Positions 21,271 through 33,400 of a DNA stretch of 64,000 nt are shown piece after piece. The notes beneath the pieces are model-generated. The model searched no databases. It was not told where the DNA came from and worked only from the letters and a program-made list of their open reading frames with translations. A program made the translations under genes and the position numbers. Source of the stretch: an uncultured Armatimonadetes bacterium (GTDB lineage Bacteria; Armatimonadota; UBA5829; DTJY01). Where the stretch lies: contig OY970325.1 of assembly GCA_963717145.1 (NCBI GenBank), positions 640,001 through 704,000 on the forward strand, in the 5' to 3' direction. How positions within the stretch are numbered: position 1 is the stretch's first letter; every line of letters begins with the position of its first letter.

Positions 21271-22351
21271 ATGCCACTAACCAACGACCCCCAGTGGGCA
21301 CAATCCAGAGAGCGCTTTGAGGCCTGGTGGAGCGGAGAGGTCATCGACCGCCCGCTGCTCCAGGTCTTCGCGCCCAGGGACGGCGCGCCGGATACCCCCG
21401 CGCCGACCTACGATACGCCTGACCAGAAATACCTGAACGCCGATTTCCGCATCCGCGCGCTCGAAGTGGGAGATGGCCCGCACCTACTACGGCGGCGATG
21501 CCTTCCCGTACATGGACACCCACATCGGCCCCGGCACGATGTCTCTCTATCTCGGCGCGCAGCCCGAATTCCAGCACAATACCGTCTGGTATCGCAAGTG
21601 TGTGACCGACATACCGAGCGCCGTGCCGCCGACCTTCGACGAACAGAATCCGTACTGGCAGGCAAGTCTGCGCATCGCCAGGGAGGGTGTCGAACGACTG
21701 AGCGGACGAGCGCTGGTTTCGTTCCCCGACCTGATCGAGAACCTCGATACGATCTCGTCGCTCTTCGGCAACAAGGAACTCCTGTTCGCGCTGATCGAGC
21801 AGCCGGAGAAGATACATGAGTTCCAGCGGGCGATCCTGCCTCTGTACATCGAGTATCATCGGCGGCTCTATGAGATCATCAAAGACGAGGTCGGCGGATC
21901 ATGCTTCTCGGCGTTTCGGATCTACGGCAAGGGACGGATTGCCAAGCTCCAGTGCGACTTCAGCGCGATGATCTCGGCGGCCATGTTCGAGGAGTTCGTC
22001 GCCCCGTACCTTGCGGAGCAGTGCCGTCTCCTCGATCACTCGGTCTACCACTGGGATGGTCCCTGTGCCCTCCAGCATGAGGGTCCCCTCCTGGCGATCG
22101 AGGAGTTAGAGGCGATCCAATGGACTCCCGGTGCGGGTCAGCCGGGAACGGGGAACAAGGTCTGGTGGCCGCTGTACCGCCGCATTCGGGCAGCCGGGAA
22201 GTCGCTCATGCTCCTGGGCGTGGCAGCGAATGAGGCGCAGCCGCTCGTGGAGGAGTTCGGTCCCGAAGGCCTCGACATGACGATCAACGTCGCCTCGCAG
22301 GCCGAGGCGGACGACCTGGTTCGCCGGTCCCTCGGGTGGAAGAAACGCTGA
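21271..22351 (+). CDS. UroD/methyltransferase-fold protein, frameshift near 21470
   Basis: LQCDFSAMIS, YHWDGP and IQWTPGAG motifs; the two ORFs join if one G is removed. Confidence 0.65.
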
Positions 22352-22390
22352 TGCCCCGACGACGGGGAGTCGTCAGGGCATCCAACGATC

Positions 22391-22489
22391 ATGGGAGGGC
22401 GAGGCTTCGTCCGAGCCGGGATGCTTCGGCAGCAGAGCAAAGTGGCGCTACCGAAGCATCCCGGCTCGGACGGAGCCTCGCCCTCCCGT
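22391..22489. repeat. Palindromic element, GGGAGGGCGAGGCT..CCGAGCC family
   Basis: ~38-bp inverted arms between convergent genes. Confidence 0.85.
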
Positions 22490-22494
22490 CATCA

Positions 22495-25400
22495 CTACTT
22501 GATCTCCGGTGTCGGAGGCGGAGGTGGTGGTGGCGGGATATCGCCTCCACCGCCCGTGCCGTCTCCCGTCGTGAACGGCACGTATTCGCTGTTCGCAAAC
22601 GACCAGTTGCCGGAATCGACTGCATAGACGTAGACCCAGTAGTCGCTGAACGGCTGGAGACGATCAAGGGCAGGTGAGTATGTGATCGGCCTTCCCATCT
22701 GCCCGAACGGGACACAGCCGTCGCCCGCGGGGAAGAACGCTCCCCAGTCGGTTTGGTGCGAGCCATCCTCGTGGTAAATCTCCACTCCAACTCTCACAGC
22801 CCCAGGAATGGGATCCCAGCAGACGGAAGGATTGATCGGCGCATCGGTCTGCCCGGATAGCGGCGCTGTCAAGGCGACGGAACCGCGAGGATCCTGGACT
22901 CTGGCATACACCGTCTGGCTGTGTGCTCCCTCGACTTCGCCTTTCAGGGCGCAGACGCGGAAGTAGGTATTCTCAGCCACCGGCAGCGCGAATACGCCGT
23001 ACGTGTCCTGCATCATCGGCGGCTCGCTCGTAGCCGAGTAATCCTGGTCGTCCGCGCTCCGATATAGTCTGTAGCCCGTCGCTCCGGCTATCGGGCTGAA
23101 CACGATGCTGCACGAGCCGGACTCCTGGCCGGGCATGCCCAGCACGAAGTTGGGCGGGCCGGGGAAATGCACCTGTATGTCCGGACTCATGTCCTGACCC
23201 CTGATTCCGCGGCAGACGGTATCGCCCGGTCCGCGGAAACACGTGCTGATCCCCACGACGGTGACGTAATCTCCCGCTCTGAGACCCAGCGGGTCGCGCC
23301 CGACTCGTACTCCCTCGTTGTCCGCGCCGTCGGTCTGCGTGCCATCCCTGACAGCCGAACCGTCCTCGATGTAGAAATACTCCCCAGCCGGGTCTATCTG
23401 GGTCACGCGACCCCACGTCTTCACCAGCAGGCCGATATTGTTGAGGCCCGCGCCTCCCGTGACGCCCCTCTGACCCGATGTCGGTACCTCGGGATCCACG
23501 CGGAAGTTCGTGCCCCCGAGATTGCGAATGGCCATGCCGACGGGCCTGATGCCCTCGCCGAATCCGGCCGTCATCGGCGATGCCTCTTCAACTCGGCGTA
23601 CATCAGATGCCAGGATTCGCCTCTCGAAATCGTCGTCCGTTTCGAGCGTGCCCTCCACATCGACGGTCCATCCCTCTGCGACGAAGCCATCCGGCCACTT
23701 CACATAGATTCCGGCGGAGCGGTCAGGCTGTTCGACGTAGAACCCTCTTTGACCCTTCCGGCTGACAACAACGTTAGTTAATGCGACTCCCGTTCCGTCC
23801 GCAAGAGCCTTCGCATCCTGAATGGAGACAGGCTGAATGACCTGGATCACGTAGGTCTTCTCGGACGATGCGCTCGGCGATTGGCTGTCCTCTACGTGTA
23901 CCGTGAACTGGTAGCTCCCGGCCTCCTCAAGGGTGCCGCTGATGAAGCCATCTTCGTCCAGGTCGAGTCCCGGCGGGACTTCCCCGTCAACGACCCACCA
24001 TTCGAAGGGCGCGAAGCCGTCCTCGGCGCGGAGCTGCTGCTCGTAGTCAGAGCCCACGAGTCCGCTGGGGAGAGTCTCCGGCATGATGCGGGGATTGCCG
24101 GGCAACTCGATATTCTCCAACCTGTACGTGATGTACGGTGTATACCTGAGCGTTCCCGGCGGGAAACTCGGCGAGTAGCATCCGCTCGTCCAAGCCCCGG
24201 GTTCTGGCCAGAACGATAGCTGCATCTGGCCTATCTGGATCCACTCCGCGCCGGCAAAGCGCACGTATCCCAGGGCGTCGCCGGTCGGACTGACGGTGAT
24301 CTTCAGCTCAGTCGGCTGGCTGGGATCGTAGCCCGCTACAGGGGATACTTGGAATGCCCAGTTCTCGTCACCCTCATTGCCCATAACAGCAAACGGCTGT
24401 CTGTTGTAGTAGCCCTGCTCCACGTCACCGAAGCCGCGCTTCATATATGCGGTCGAGAGCGCGAACTGCGCCCAAACCGTGCCAACCTCGTTGTCACCAT
24501 CCGACACTCTGAAGCCGATGTCCAAGGCGACGCCGCCGTAACCAGCCATCGTTGCCAGCGCGCCCTGCAGGTCCCCGAAAGTAGCCCTCAGTTCGGCGTT
24601 GGAAGTTTGCGGCTCCCATGGCACGTTGTTCAGCGATATCTGTGGCGACATGCCCGCGGCCACTTCGTCCCCGGAAGGCGGCATGGTGGATGTGAACACG
24701 AGCTTGCCGTCCTCGAATGACGGCCCGCGCGCGTCGGAGAAATTCCAGGGGCCATAGAGCGCGCCTGCGACTCCTCCCTCCGGAAGTACGGGATGCGTGA
24801 AGTAGCTGTCATGGACGTTTATCCCGGGCATCTCGCACGGATTGTCGAGCGTATCCAGAGTCAGCGGGTCATCGAATCCGAAGCCATTGCCCCAGTCCAG
24901 ATACACGTGGGTGACATCCACCTGAGAGGTGATCGTCTCGATGTGCTTCGTCGCGACCATCATAGATCGGTCGTCGCCGTCGCTCGATGTGCCGGCGAAG
25001 AATGCCCGATCCATGCTCAGTGTGAAGCGGCCGTCAAGCTCTTCACCCGACACCTCGATCGTGATCTGTCCATCGGGAGTGACGCTGAGCGAGCCAGACA
25101 GCGGCGTAGTCGTCTCGCTGTAGCTGTCGAAGTCCTCGCCCGTAAACGATCCGTCGGCCGCTACTTCAAACCATCCCCTGAAGATGCTGCCCGAATTCGA
25201 GACGCCGTAGAACCACCACTTGCCCTCGAGGTCCTCGGTGATGAAGTCCCCGCCGGTTCGCAGGCTGACGTCGAATCGCGCGATCCCCGGATCATCCATG
25301 TCGCCCATGATGCCGCCGAAGCCCAGGCCGCTCTTCGATATCCCATACCGCTGCATCAGGGTGTTGTCCGGCTCCTCGAAGGTCAACGAGCCATTGTCGG

Positions 25401-28073
25401 CGATAGTGACCGTCGCGCTGTATGAATCCGAATCGCCGTCGCTGGTGTACTGGGTCCCAGCGTACCAGCCCTCGCTGTCGATCTCGCCTTCGCTGACCCA
25501 CCGCCAGCCCTGCCAATCGGGACCGACCTCGAAGGAATGAGTCGTCCATGTGCCCTCGGCATCGTACTGAGAGAAGGACTGGCCTTCATCAAACCTGTGG
25601 CAGATGGTGAGTGTCCCTCTATTGGCGTCATACTTGTTGGCGACGATCCTCTCGTTGTCGAAGCTCAGAGTACCCCAGGGCTTTCCGCCGATGCTGATCT
25701 GTCCGTCAGCGTCTATCGTGTATGTGTGATTCACTGTCGCCATCGGCGTGCCATCAAGCGCAAACCGATAGATACTCACATTGCCGGACTGGTCGAAGAT
25801 CATGGCCCCGTATGTGGTCGCCGCGGAAGGCGCGGCCTGCTCCACGGAGATGCTGTTGAATAACCATTGGCCGGCGAGGGCGGCATACATGTTCGCGTTC
25901 ACCTGGAGAGTGTATTCCCGCTCGACCGATGCCGGCTCCTCGGCGCTATCGGTGACGCCGACGGTGAATGTGTAGATTCCCGACTCATAGCACGTGCCGC
26001 TGAGATCGCCGTCCTCCGACAGCGAGATGCCCGGCGGAAGGTTGCCCGAGACGATCTGCCACTCGTAGGGTGGCTCCCGCCGGTTGCCTCCAGCGTCTGG
26101 CTGTAGGGATCCCCGGCGGTTCCGTCTGGGAGCGAATCCGTCACGATCTCGAGCGGTTCCGGAGCCCCGGAGGTGTTCAGGTACTCGAGGGTGGATGATA
26201 CATAGGGGCTGTACCATGTCAAACCACTGTCGCCCGCGCCTGTGCCGCACCCGCCCGCAGGCGTGCCTGCACCAGGCCACCAGTCGAGTTGCTGCTCGCC
26301 GACCTGAGCCCACTCTGCTCCCGGCGGGCCGAAGTGTACGTAGTAGTGAGCCAGGTTCTCAGCGGTAATGACGACCTTCAACTCCACCGGGTACGCCGGG
26401 TCATATCCGGTCGCCGGTATCACCGAACTGGTTTCGCTTCCGGAGTTGTAGCTGCCGACGTTAATGAACGGCTGACGGTTGTAGTAGCCGGGCGGAATCT
26501 CGCTGATGCCATCTGGAAGATACATGGTGGCGAATCCGAAGGATAGCCAGGCATCGCCCCACCAGCCGTCTTCATTGTGTACGGAGAAACCAACGTCTAC
26601 GCCGCGGAAACCGTCGCCGACGAGCGGCGCGAGGTCGCCCTGGAAGTTGTCGAACACGGCGCGGAGTTCAATGTCGCCGGTCCGAGTGGGCCAGCTCATC
26701 GACTCCATGGCGAGTTCGGGCTGGACCCTGGCGCGGGTCCTGTCTCCGCCGGAAGAAAGGTCGCTGCCGAGAATGAGCTTGCCCGCCTCAAACGTCGGAG
26801 GCTGAAGGTCACTATCTTGGCCGTAGAGGTACGCGGCCCCAACCGACGACCCGGGCGCGGGCGGAGGAACTGCCTGGAAGTAGTTCTGGTTGATCAGTAC
26901 TGCCGGCAGGTCGCACAGGAGACCTTCTGCGTCGAGGTCCATCGGGTCATCGAAGCTGAGGCCGTTGCCCCAGTTCATGGTAACGTGGGTGACATCCACG
27001 GTCGATGCCACCTCGGTCGGATGCTTTGTAGCCAGCATCATGTTCTTCGCGCCCGCACTGCTGAACGTGAGAGCGAAGAGGCCTCGGTCCAGGCTTAGCG
27101 TTCCCGTGCCGTCCAACTGTCCCAGCGCCGAGTCCGTCAGGGAGATCGATCCGTCCGACGCCAGGGACAGGCTGCCCGAGATCGGCAACGTTGGGCCGTC
27201 GGGATATGTGCCCTGTCCCGTCACAGTGCCATCCGACTGGCAGTCAAGGTGTCCATAGAAGAGATGGCCGTCGGTGTCGATACTCTCGAACCACCATTTG
27301 CCCTCGAGATCGGCGGTGATGAAGTCGCCGCCGGTGCGGACGGCGATGTCAAAGCGTCCGATCTGATCAGCGCCCACTGCGCCGGTGAGGGATCCGAACA
27401 TCAGACGGCTGCTGGACATACCGCCCGTTCCCTGCAGGGAATTGCCCGGCTCCGAGATCGTCATCTGCCCCTCCGGCTCGATGGAAACCGTTGCGGCGTA
27501 TGCGCCCGATCCTCCGTCGCTGTCGGTCCGAGTCCCTGTGAAGCTGCCCGTCGCGTCGATACTTCCATCGACTGCCTTCCAGCCTTCCCAGTCGGAGCCG
27601 GCCTGGAACGAGTGCATCCGCCAAGTTCCCTCGCAGTCGGCCTGAGAGAAGCCGGGCGACGAACCGGCGCGCTCGCCGATGAACAATCCGGCGTAAGAGT
27701 CCATCAGTTCCGAGCCGATGATCTGTTTCTTGTCGTAGCTCATCACGGCCTTGCGGATGCCATCGAAGGATATCTCGCCGTCGCCATTGATGGTTACCGC
27801 GAAGTTGTGAGTCTCGGTCCCGTCCAGCTTGGTCACGTAGGCGGTCCCCGACCCATCGCCGGCGATCTCTACAGTCGCCCACTGGATCACGCTCGACGCG
27901 GTCGCACTGTCGACGTATATCTCGTGGATATACCACGTGCCGACCACGTCAGAGGAGGAGAACAGGTCGGGTGGTGCAACTGCGCTCGGCATGTTCCGGA
28001 ATGATCCCGCGCAGGCGGGAAGCAGGCAGCAGAACAGTGTCAGCGCTGTGAGAAAGATGATGCGACGTTTCAT
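22495..28073 (-). CDS. Giant secreted/surface protein (~1850 aa): duplicated ~600-aa unit, putative Ig domains, Armatimonadota-type C-terminal module; frameshift near 26080
   Basis: Signal peptide; the two halves share GGDFIT.DLEGKWWF, VDVTHV...WGNG..FDDP and GYYNRQPF; LP.G...Y...L.A..G..PY.W Ig motifs. Confidence 0.7.
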
Positions 28074-28329
28074 GAAATGTACCCCCCTAATGACCATGAC
28101 GCGAATATGCGAGACCTGGCGCATGCCAGGCAGTTGTCCCAGTATTCCATTATCGGCAGGGATTGACGATCTATCGAGTGAGAGAAGCTCATCCGTATGG
28201 TAAGTCGTTGCGGGCCGAGAGTCAAGGCAAACGGTCAAAAACCGGTAAATCTACTGGGTCGCGCCGGGTATGCAGGGAATTCTGCAGGGCTGCGGAAACA
28301 TAGCGTAAGGTTTGCCAAGGTGGTTTCGT

Positions 28330-29385
28330 ATGCCGGAAGAACGGAAGAGGGCATCGGATAAGGACATGTCGGAAAGTCAACGTCTGTTGTCTCTCCGGCG
28401 GTTGCTCGGCATTATCGGTGGCTTCAGGGGCATAGCCGCGCTGTTGGCTGTTCTCCTCGCCGGTGTATTGTTCACTCCGAAGTCACTGGTCACGGGCCAC
28501 TCGATCTTCTTCTCCGTCCGGACCCAGATAGACACGCTGTTCGAGTACTCCGAATACGGGATACTCGCCACGGGGATGACGCTGGTCATTCTTTCGGGCG
28601 GCATCGACCTCTCAGTCGGCTCGGTCCTGGGGTTCGCGGCGACTCTGTTCTCCCTGCTCATGATCGGCTTCGGCTGGCCCGTGCTTCCGGCGATCCTGGT
28701 CACCATCCTCGCGGGCGCACTTGCCGGCTCTATCAGCGGTACTCTGATCTCGAAGTTCCGCATGCAGCCGTTCGTGGCGACACTCGCGATCATGGTCGCC
28801 GCGAGAGGCGCCGCGAAGTGGATATCGGGCGGGATGAAGGTGCAGGCGGGGGCACAGCCCTGGTACCAGATCAAAGAAGGAGCGCCCGCATTCTACTCGT
28901 GGGTGACCACCCAGCTTCCGGTGGTGCACCTCCAGCCCGCGACCCTGATCTTCATCCTCAATATTGTCTTGATGCTGCTGATCGTGCGGTACACCCGCTT
29001 CGGGAGGTATCTCTATGCGATCGGCGGCAATGAAGAGGCGGCGCGGCTCTCGGGGATCCGGGTCGCGCAGATCAAGATCGCGGCGTACACCATGTGCGGC
29101 GCGATGGCCGCTCTCGCAGGAATCTCCAATGCGACTCGCCTCGAACTTGGCGACCCCGAGGCGGGAGGCACCTATGAACTGGATGCCATCGCGGCGGTGG
29201 TCATCGGCGGCACCAGTCTGATGGGCGGTCAGGGAGGGATGTTCCTCACCCTCGTCGGGACGCTCATCATCGCGTATATCAACAAGATCCTCAGCATCAA
29301 CGGTGTCGAGGAGCAGTTCCGACTGCTGGCGAAGGGCGCCATCATCGTGATGGCGGTTCTGATTCAGCAGCGGAGGAAGTCATAA
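28330..29385 (+). CDS. Sugar ABC transporter permease (RbsC-like)
   Basis: GGIDLSVG, A.GGNEEAARLSG and ELDAIAAVVIGGTSL motifs. Confidence 0.92.
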   Translation: MPEERKRASDKDMSESQRLLSLRRLLGIIGGFRGIAALLAVLLAGVLFTPKSLVTGHSIFFSVRTQIDTLFEYSEYGILATGMTLVILSGGIDLSVGSVLGFAATLFSLLMIGFGWPVLPAILVTILAGALAGSISGTLISKFRMQPFVATLAIMVAARGAAKWISGGMKVQAGAQPWYQIKEGAPAFYSWVTTQLPVVHLQPATLIFILNIVLMLLIVRYTRFGRYLYAIGGNEEAARLSGIRVAQIKIAAYTMCGAMAALAGISNATRLELGDPEAGGTYELDAIAAVVIGGTSLMGGQGGMFLTLVGTLIIAYINKILSINGVEEQFRLLAKGAIIVMAVLIQQRRKS

Positions 29386-29400
29386 CTCAAGGAGACGGAA

Positions 29401-30366
29401 TTGTTGAAGAGCAGAACACTCGTCGGATTGATCATGGCGCTTGTCGTCATAGCAGTATTCGTGGGATGTGCGAAGCAGAGCCCGAGTGGCACGCAGGCGC
29501 CGGCCGGCAAGATGTATACCATCGGCATGTCGCAGTGTAACCTTGGCGAACCGTGGCGCGTGCAGATGAACAATGACATCAAGGCCGCAGCAGCGAACCA
29601 CAAGGCCGAGTTGACAGTGATCTACAAGGATGCTCAGGCCAATGCGGGCACACAGCAGGCCCAGGTTCGCGAGTACGTCGCACAGGGAGTTGACCTGATC
29701 ATTATCAGTCCACTCGAGGCCAAGCCGCTGACGAAGCCGGTCGCGGAGGCCGTCGCAGCCGGGATTCCCGTGATAGTGCTCGACCGCAAAGTCGAGGGCG
29801 ACAAGTACACTTGCTACATCGGCGCGGACAACGTCCTCATCGGTCGCAAGGCTGGGGAGTACATCGCGAAGACGCTCGGCGGCAAGGGCAAAGTCGTCGA
29901 GCTGAAGGGTCTGATGACGTCCACCCCGGGTGCTGACCGTCACAAGGGCTTCATGGAAGCGATCAAGGGTTCGCAGATCGAGGTGATCTTCAACGCTGAC
30001 TGCAAGTGGTTCGAGCCGAACGCCCAGCGCGAGATGACGTCCGCGCTGTCGAGATTCCCCCAGATCGACGCCGTCTACGGGCACAACGACCCGATGGCTC
30101 ACGGCGCATATCTCGCCGCGAAGCAGGAGGGCAAGGGGCGCGAGAAGTCCGTCAAGTTCGTCGGGATCGACGCCATCCCCACCGAGGGCGTCCAGTACGT
30201 GAAGCAGGGCATCTTGAGCGCGACGTTCCAGTATCCGACCGGCGGCCCCGAGGCGATCGAGACCGCGCTGAAGATCTTCAAGGGCGAGAAGGTCGAGAAG
30301 AACATCACCCTCGGCACGAAGATCTTCACGAAGGACAACGTAGAGAAGGGCGGCGAGGCGCTGTAA
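29401..30366 (+). CDS. Sugar ABC transporter substrate-binding lipoprotein (RbsB-like)
   Basis: FVGC lipobox; GIPVIVLDR, IGADN and HNDPMA motifs. Confidence 0.92.
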   Translation: MLKSRTLVGLIMALVVIAVFVGCAKQSPSGTQAPAGKMYTIGMSQCNLGEPWRVQMNNDIKAAAANHKAELTVIYKDAQANAGTQQAQVREYVAQGVDLIIISPLEAKPLTKPVAEAVAAGIPVIVLDRKVEGDKYTCYIGADNVLIGRKAGEYIAKTLGGKGKVVELKGLMTSTPGADRHKGFMEAIKGSQIEVIFNADCKWFEPNAQREMTSALSRFPQIDAVYGHNDPMAHGAYLAAKQEGKGREKSVKFVGIDAIPTEGVQYVKQGILSATFQYPTGGPEAIETALKIFKGEKVEKNITLGTKIFTKDNVEKGGEAL

Positions 30367-30374
30367 AGCCTTTT

Positions 30375-30473
30375 GAACCGCCGATGAATGCAGATGGACG
30401 CGGATAGGGATTAGCAAGTCTTTCGACCAGGTATTGCATGCAATCTACGTTTATCTGCGTTCATCGGCGGTTC
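30375..30473. repeat. Inverted repeat built of short tandem units (GAACCGCCGATGAATGCAGAT...ATCTGCGTTCATCGGCGGTTC)
   Basis: ~31-bp imperfect arms directly after a stop codon. Confidence 0.8.
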
Positions 30474-30491
30474 CAATCCCAGGAGGTCTCC

Positions 30492-33400
30492 ATGCTTCGA
30501 TTTGCATCCATCTTGTCCCTCATTCTCTGTGCCCTCTGTGTTCTCCCCGCGCATGCCGGCGTGAAGTGGGACTTCGAGGACGGGACGCTCCAGGGATGGA
30601 CCGTCGTCTCCGGCGACGTTGGTCCTCAGCCGGTGGATAAGAACGATGACCGCTTCGGCGGCAACTTCAACAAAGAGGGCAAGTACTTCATCGGCACATA
30701 CGAGAACACCCAGGACGACGCCGAGGTCGAGTACCGCTCGCCCGACTTCACCATCTCCGCCGACACGATGACGCTCCTTGTCGGTGGCGGCGCTCACGTC
30801 GATCGCACCTTCGTCGCGCTCTACTCGGCGTCGGACAACACGGAGCTTTTTCACGAGACCGGCACGAGTTCAGAGTCGATGCAGCGGAAGTACTGGGACG
30901 TTTCGAAGTACAAAGGCCGGACGGTCTACATGCGGATCGTCGACCGCGAGCGCGGCGGCTGGGGACACATCAACGTCGATGATATACGCGAGTTGACTCC
31001 CCAGGAGGAGGCGCGCATCGAGGCTCAGAAGAAGCAACAGGAGATCGACAACCAGCGCTGGATGGACGACCTCATGAAGCCCGACAAGCGCAAGGTCTAC
31101 ACCGGCAGGGAGCTGACCGACCTGGCCATGCCGCTCGGAGGCATCGGTGCGGGGAACATCGCGGTCTGCGGCGACGGCGCGCTCAGGGAGTGGCAGATCT
31201 TCAACAAGGTCAACAGCTCGTGCGTCCTGCCCTGCAGCTTCTTCGCGGTCTGGGCGAAACAGGGGAACAAGCCGCCCGTCGCGCGCATTCTTCAGACCGC
31301 GCCCGTCGAGGACCTCCCGTGCGTCGAGTCCACGGAGTTCATCGGCGAGTTCCCGATCGCCGAGGTGATCTACAAGGACGACAAGCTCCCCGTGGACATT
31401 CGCATGGAGGCCTTCTCGCCGTTCATCCCGCTCAACTCGAAGGATTCCGGCATCCCCGGGATCGTCTTCAGCTTCAAGGTGAGGAACCCCGGCGCGCTCC
31501 CGGTCTCGGTGTCGCTGGCGGCATCTCTCCAGAACGCCGTGAACTATGACGGCGGATCGCCGATCAGTGGGGTACGTTTCAGGGGTTACGGCGGCAATCT
31601 CAATCAGCCCGTCAGCGGCAAAGGGTACACCGCCGTCTCGATGAGCAATCCGAGCCTCTCACCCGAGGAACATCAACTGGGCGCGATGACGCTCGCCGCA
31701 CTCACATCCGGGGCATCCACGATGCCTCAGTGGGACGTGGCTGGGATATTCTGGAACGATTTCTCCAGGGACGGCAGGCTCTCCGCTTCGGTCGCCGCCG
31801 GTCCGAGCATGAAGGGCCGCACGTGGAACGGTGCGCTCGCAGTCCCGATTGAACTGAAGCCCGGAGAGACGAATACCGTCACCTTCCTGATCACATGGCA
31901 CTTCCCCAACCTCTACGCCGACTACGATGCGAACCTTGCCAAGTACCGCATCGGGCGGAACTACACCAACTGGTTCAAGGATTCCGACGCCGCCGCGAAA
32001 TATCTCGCCGCGAACATCGGACGGCTCTCCAAGGAGACGCGCCTCTTCCGCGACACGTTCTTCGACAGCACGCTCCCATACTGGTTCACGCAGCGGATCG
32101 GCGCGCCCGCCAGCACGCTCACCAGCCAGACGATGCTCTGGATCGAGGACGGCACGTTCCACGGCTTCGAGGGATCGGGTCACGGTGGATGCTGCCCGAT
32201 GAACTGCACGCACGTCTACGACTACGAGATGGCGCTCGCATATCTCTTCCCCGACCTTGAGCGGAGTATGCGGCACACCGACCTGAAGGTCCAGCAGATG
32301 GGCACCGGCGCGGTCCACCATCGAACCGTCCTCCCGCTCAACCTTCCCCGCGGCTCAGGGCCGTTCGTCGATGGGCAGCTCGGCACGATCCTCAAGAGCT
32401 ACCGGGAGTACCGCATGTCCGCCGACCGGAAGTGGTTCGACGAGTTTTGGCCGAACATCAAGTTAGGGATGGATTTTGTCATCCGCGACTGGGATCCGAA
32501 TGCGGACGGCGTGCTGGTGAACGAGCAATGGAACACCTACGACGCGGCGATGTACGGCCCGAACACGTTCATCGGCACGATGTACCTCGGCGCGCTTCGT
32601 GCGTCGGAGGAGATGGCGAGAGTTGCCGGGGACGCCAGTTCCGCGACCCGATATCGCTCGATCTTCGAGACCGGCAGCAAGCGGCTCGACTCGGTGCTCT
32701 GGAACGGCGAGTACTACATCCACATCGACACGAAGCCCACCGTTAAGGGGCTGGAGTCCAACTCCAGCCCCAACAGCAAGATAGCGTTGGGGTCGGAGTT
32801 GGACTCCGACCCCTTGACGATGTGTGCAGCCGCGCCGGAGTTGGTCTCCTGTGCCAACTCTCAGTCCGCGGCCGGGTTGGGCGCGTGCTGCAGCGCGCCC
32901 ACTGCTTCAGCGGTGCAGTTGATCGCCAACGCCGCCAGTAAGGCAGCGTCGGGGTCGGAGTTGCACTCCGACCCCGCCACCGAGGCGTGGATCGCCGAGG
33001 ACTGGCCGAAGGAGAATCCCGGCGCGAACCGACCCTACGGCATCGGCTGCCACTCCGACCAGCTCCTCGGCCAATGGTGGGCGAGCATCCTCGACCTCGG
33101 ATACCTCCTCCCGCAGGACCGCGTGCGGACGACGCTCGACTCGATCATGAAGTACAACTGGCGCTGGGACTTTGCGGACGTGCCCCAGCAGCGCATCTTC
33201 GCCCTGAAGAATGACAAGGGCCTGCTCAACTGCACGTGGCCCAGGGGTGGTCGGCCCGCGCAGATGACTCTCTACTCCGACGAGGCGTGGACCGGCATCG
33301 AGTATGAGGTCGCCGGCCTGCTGCTCTACGAGGGCAAGGTCACAGACGCGTACATGGTGGCCCGCGCGATCACCGACCGGTACAACGGCGTGCCGAATCC

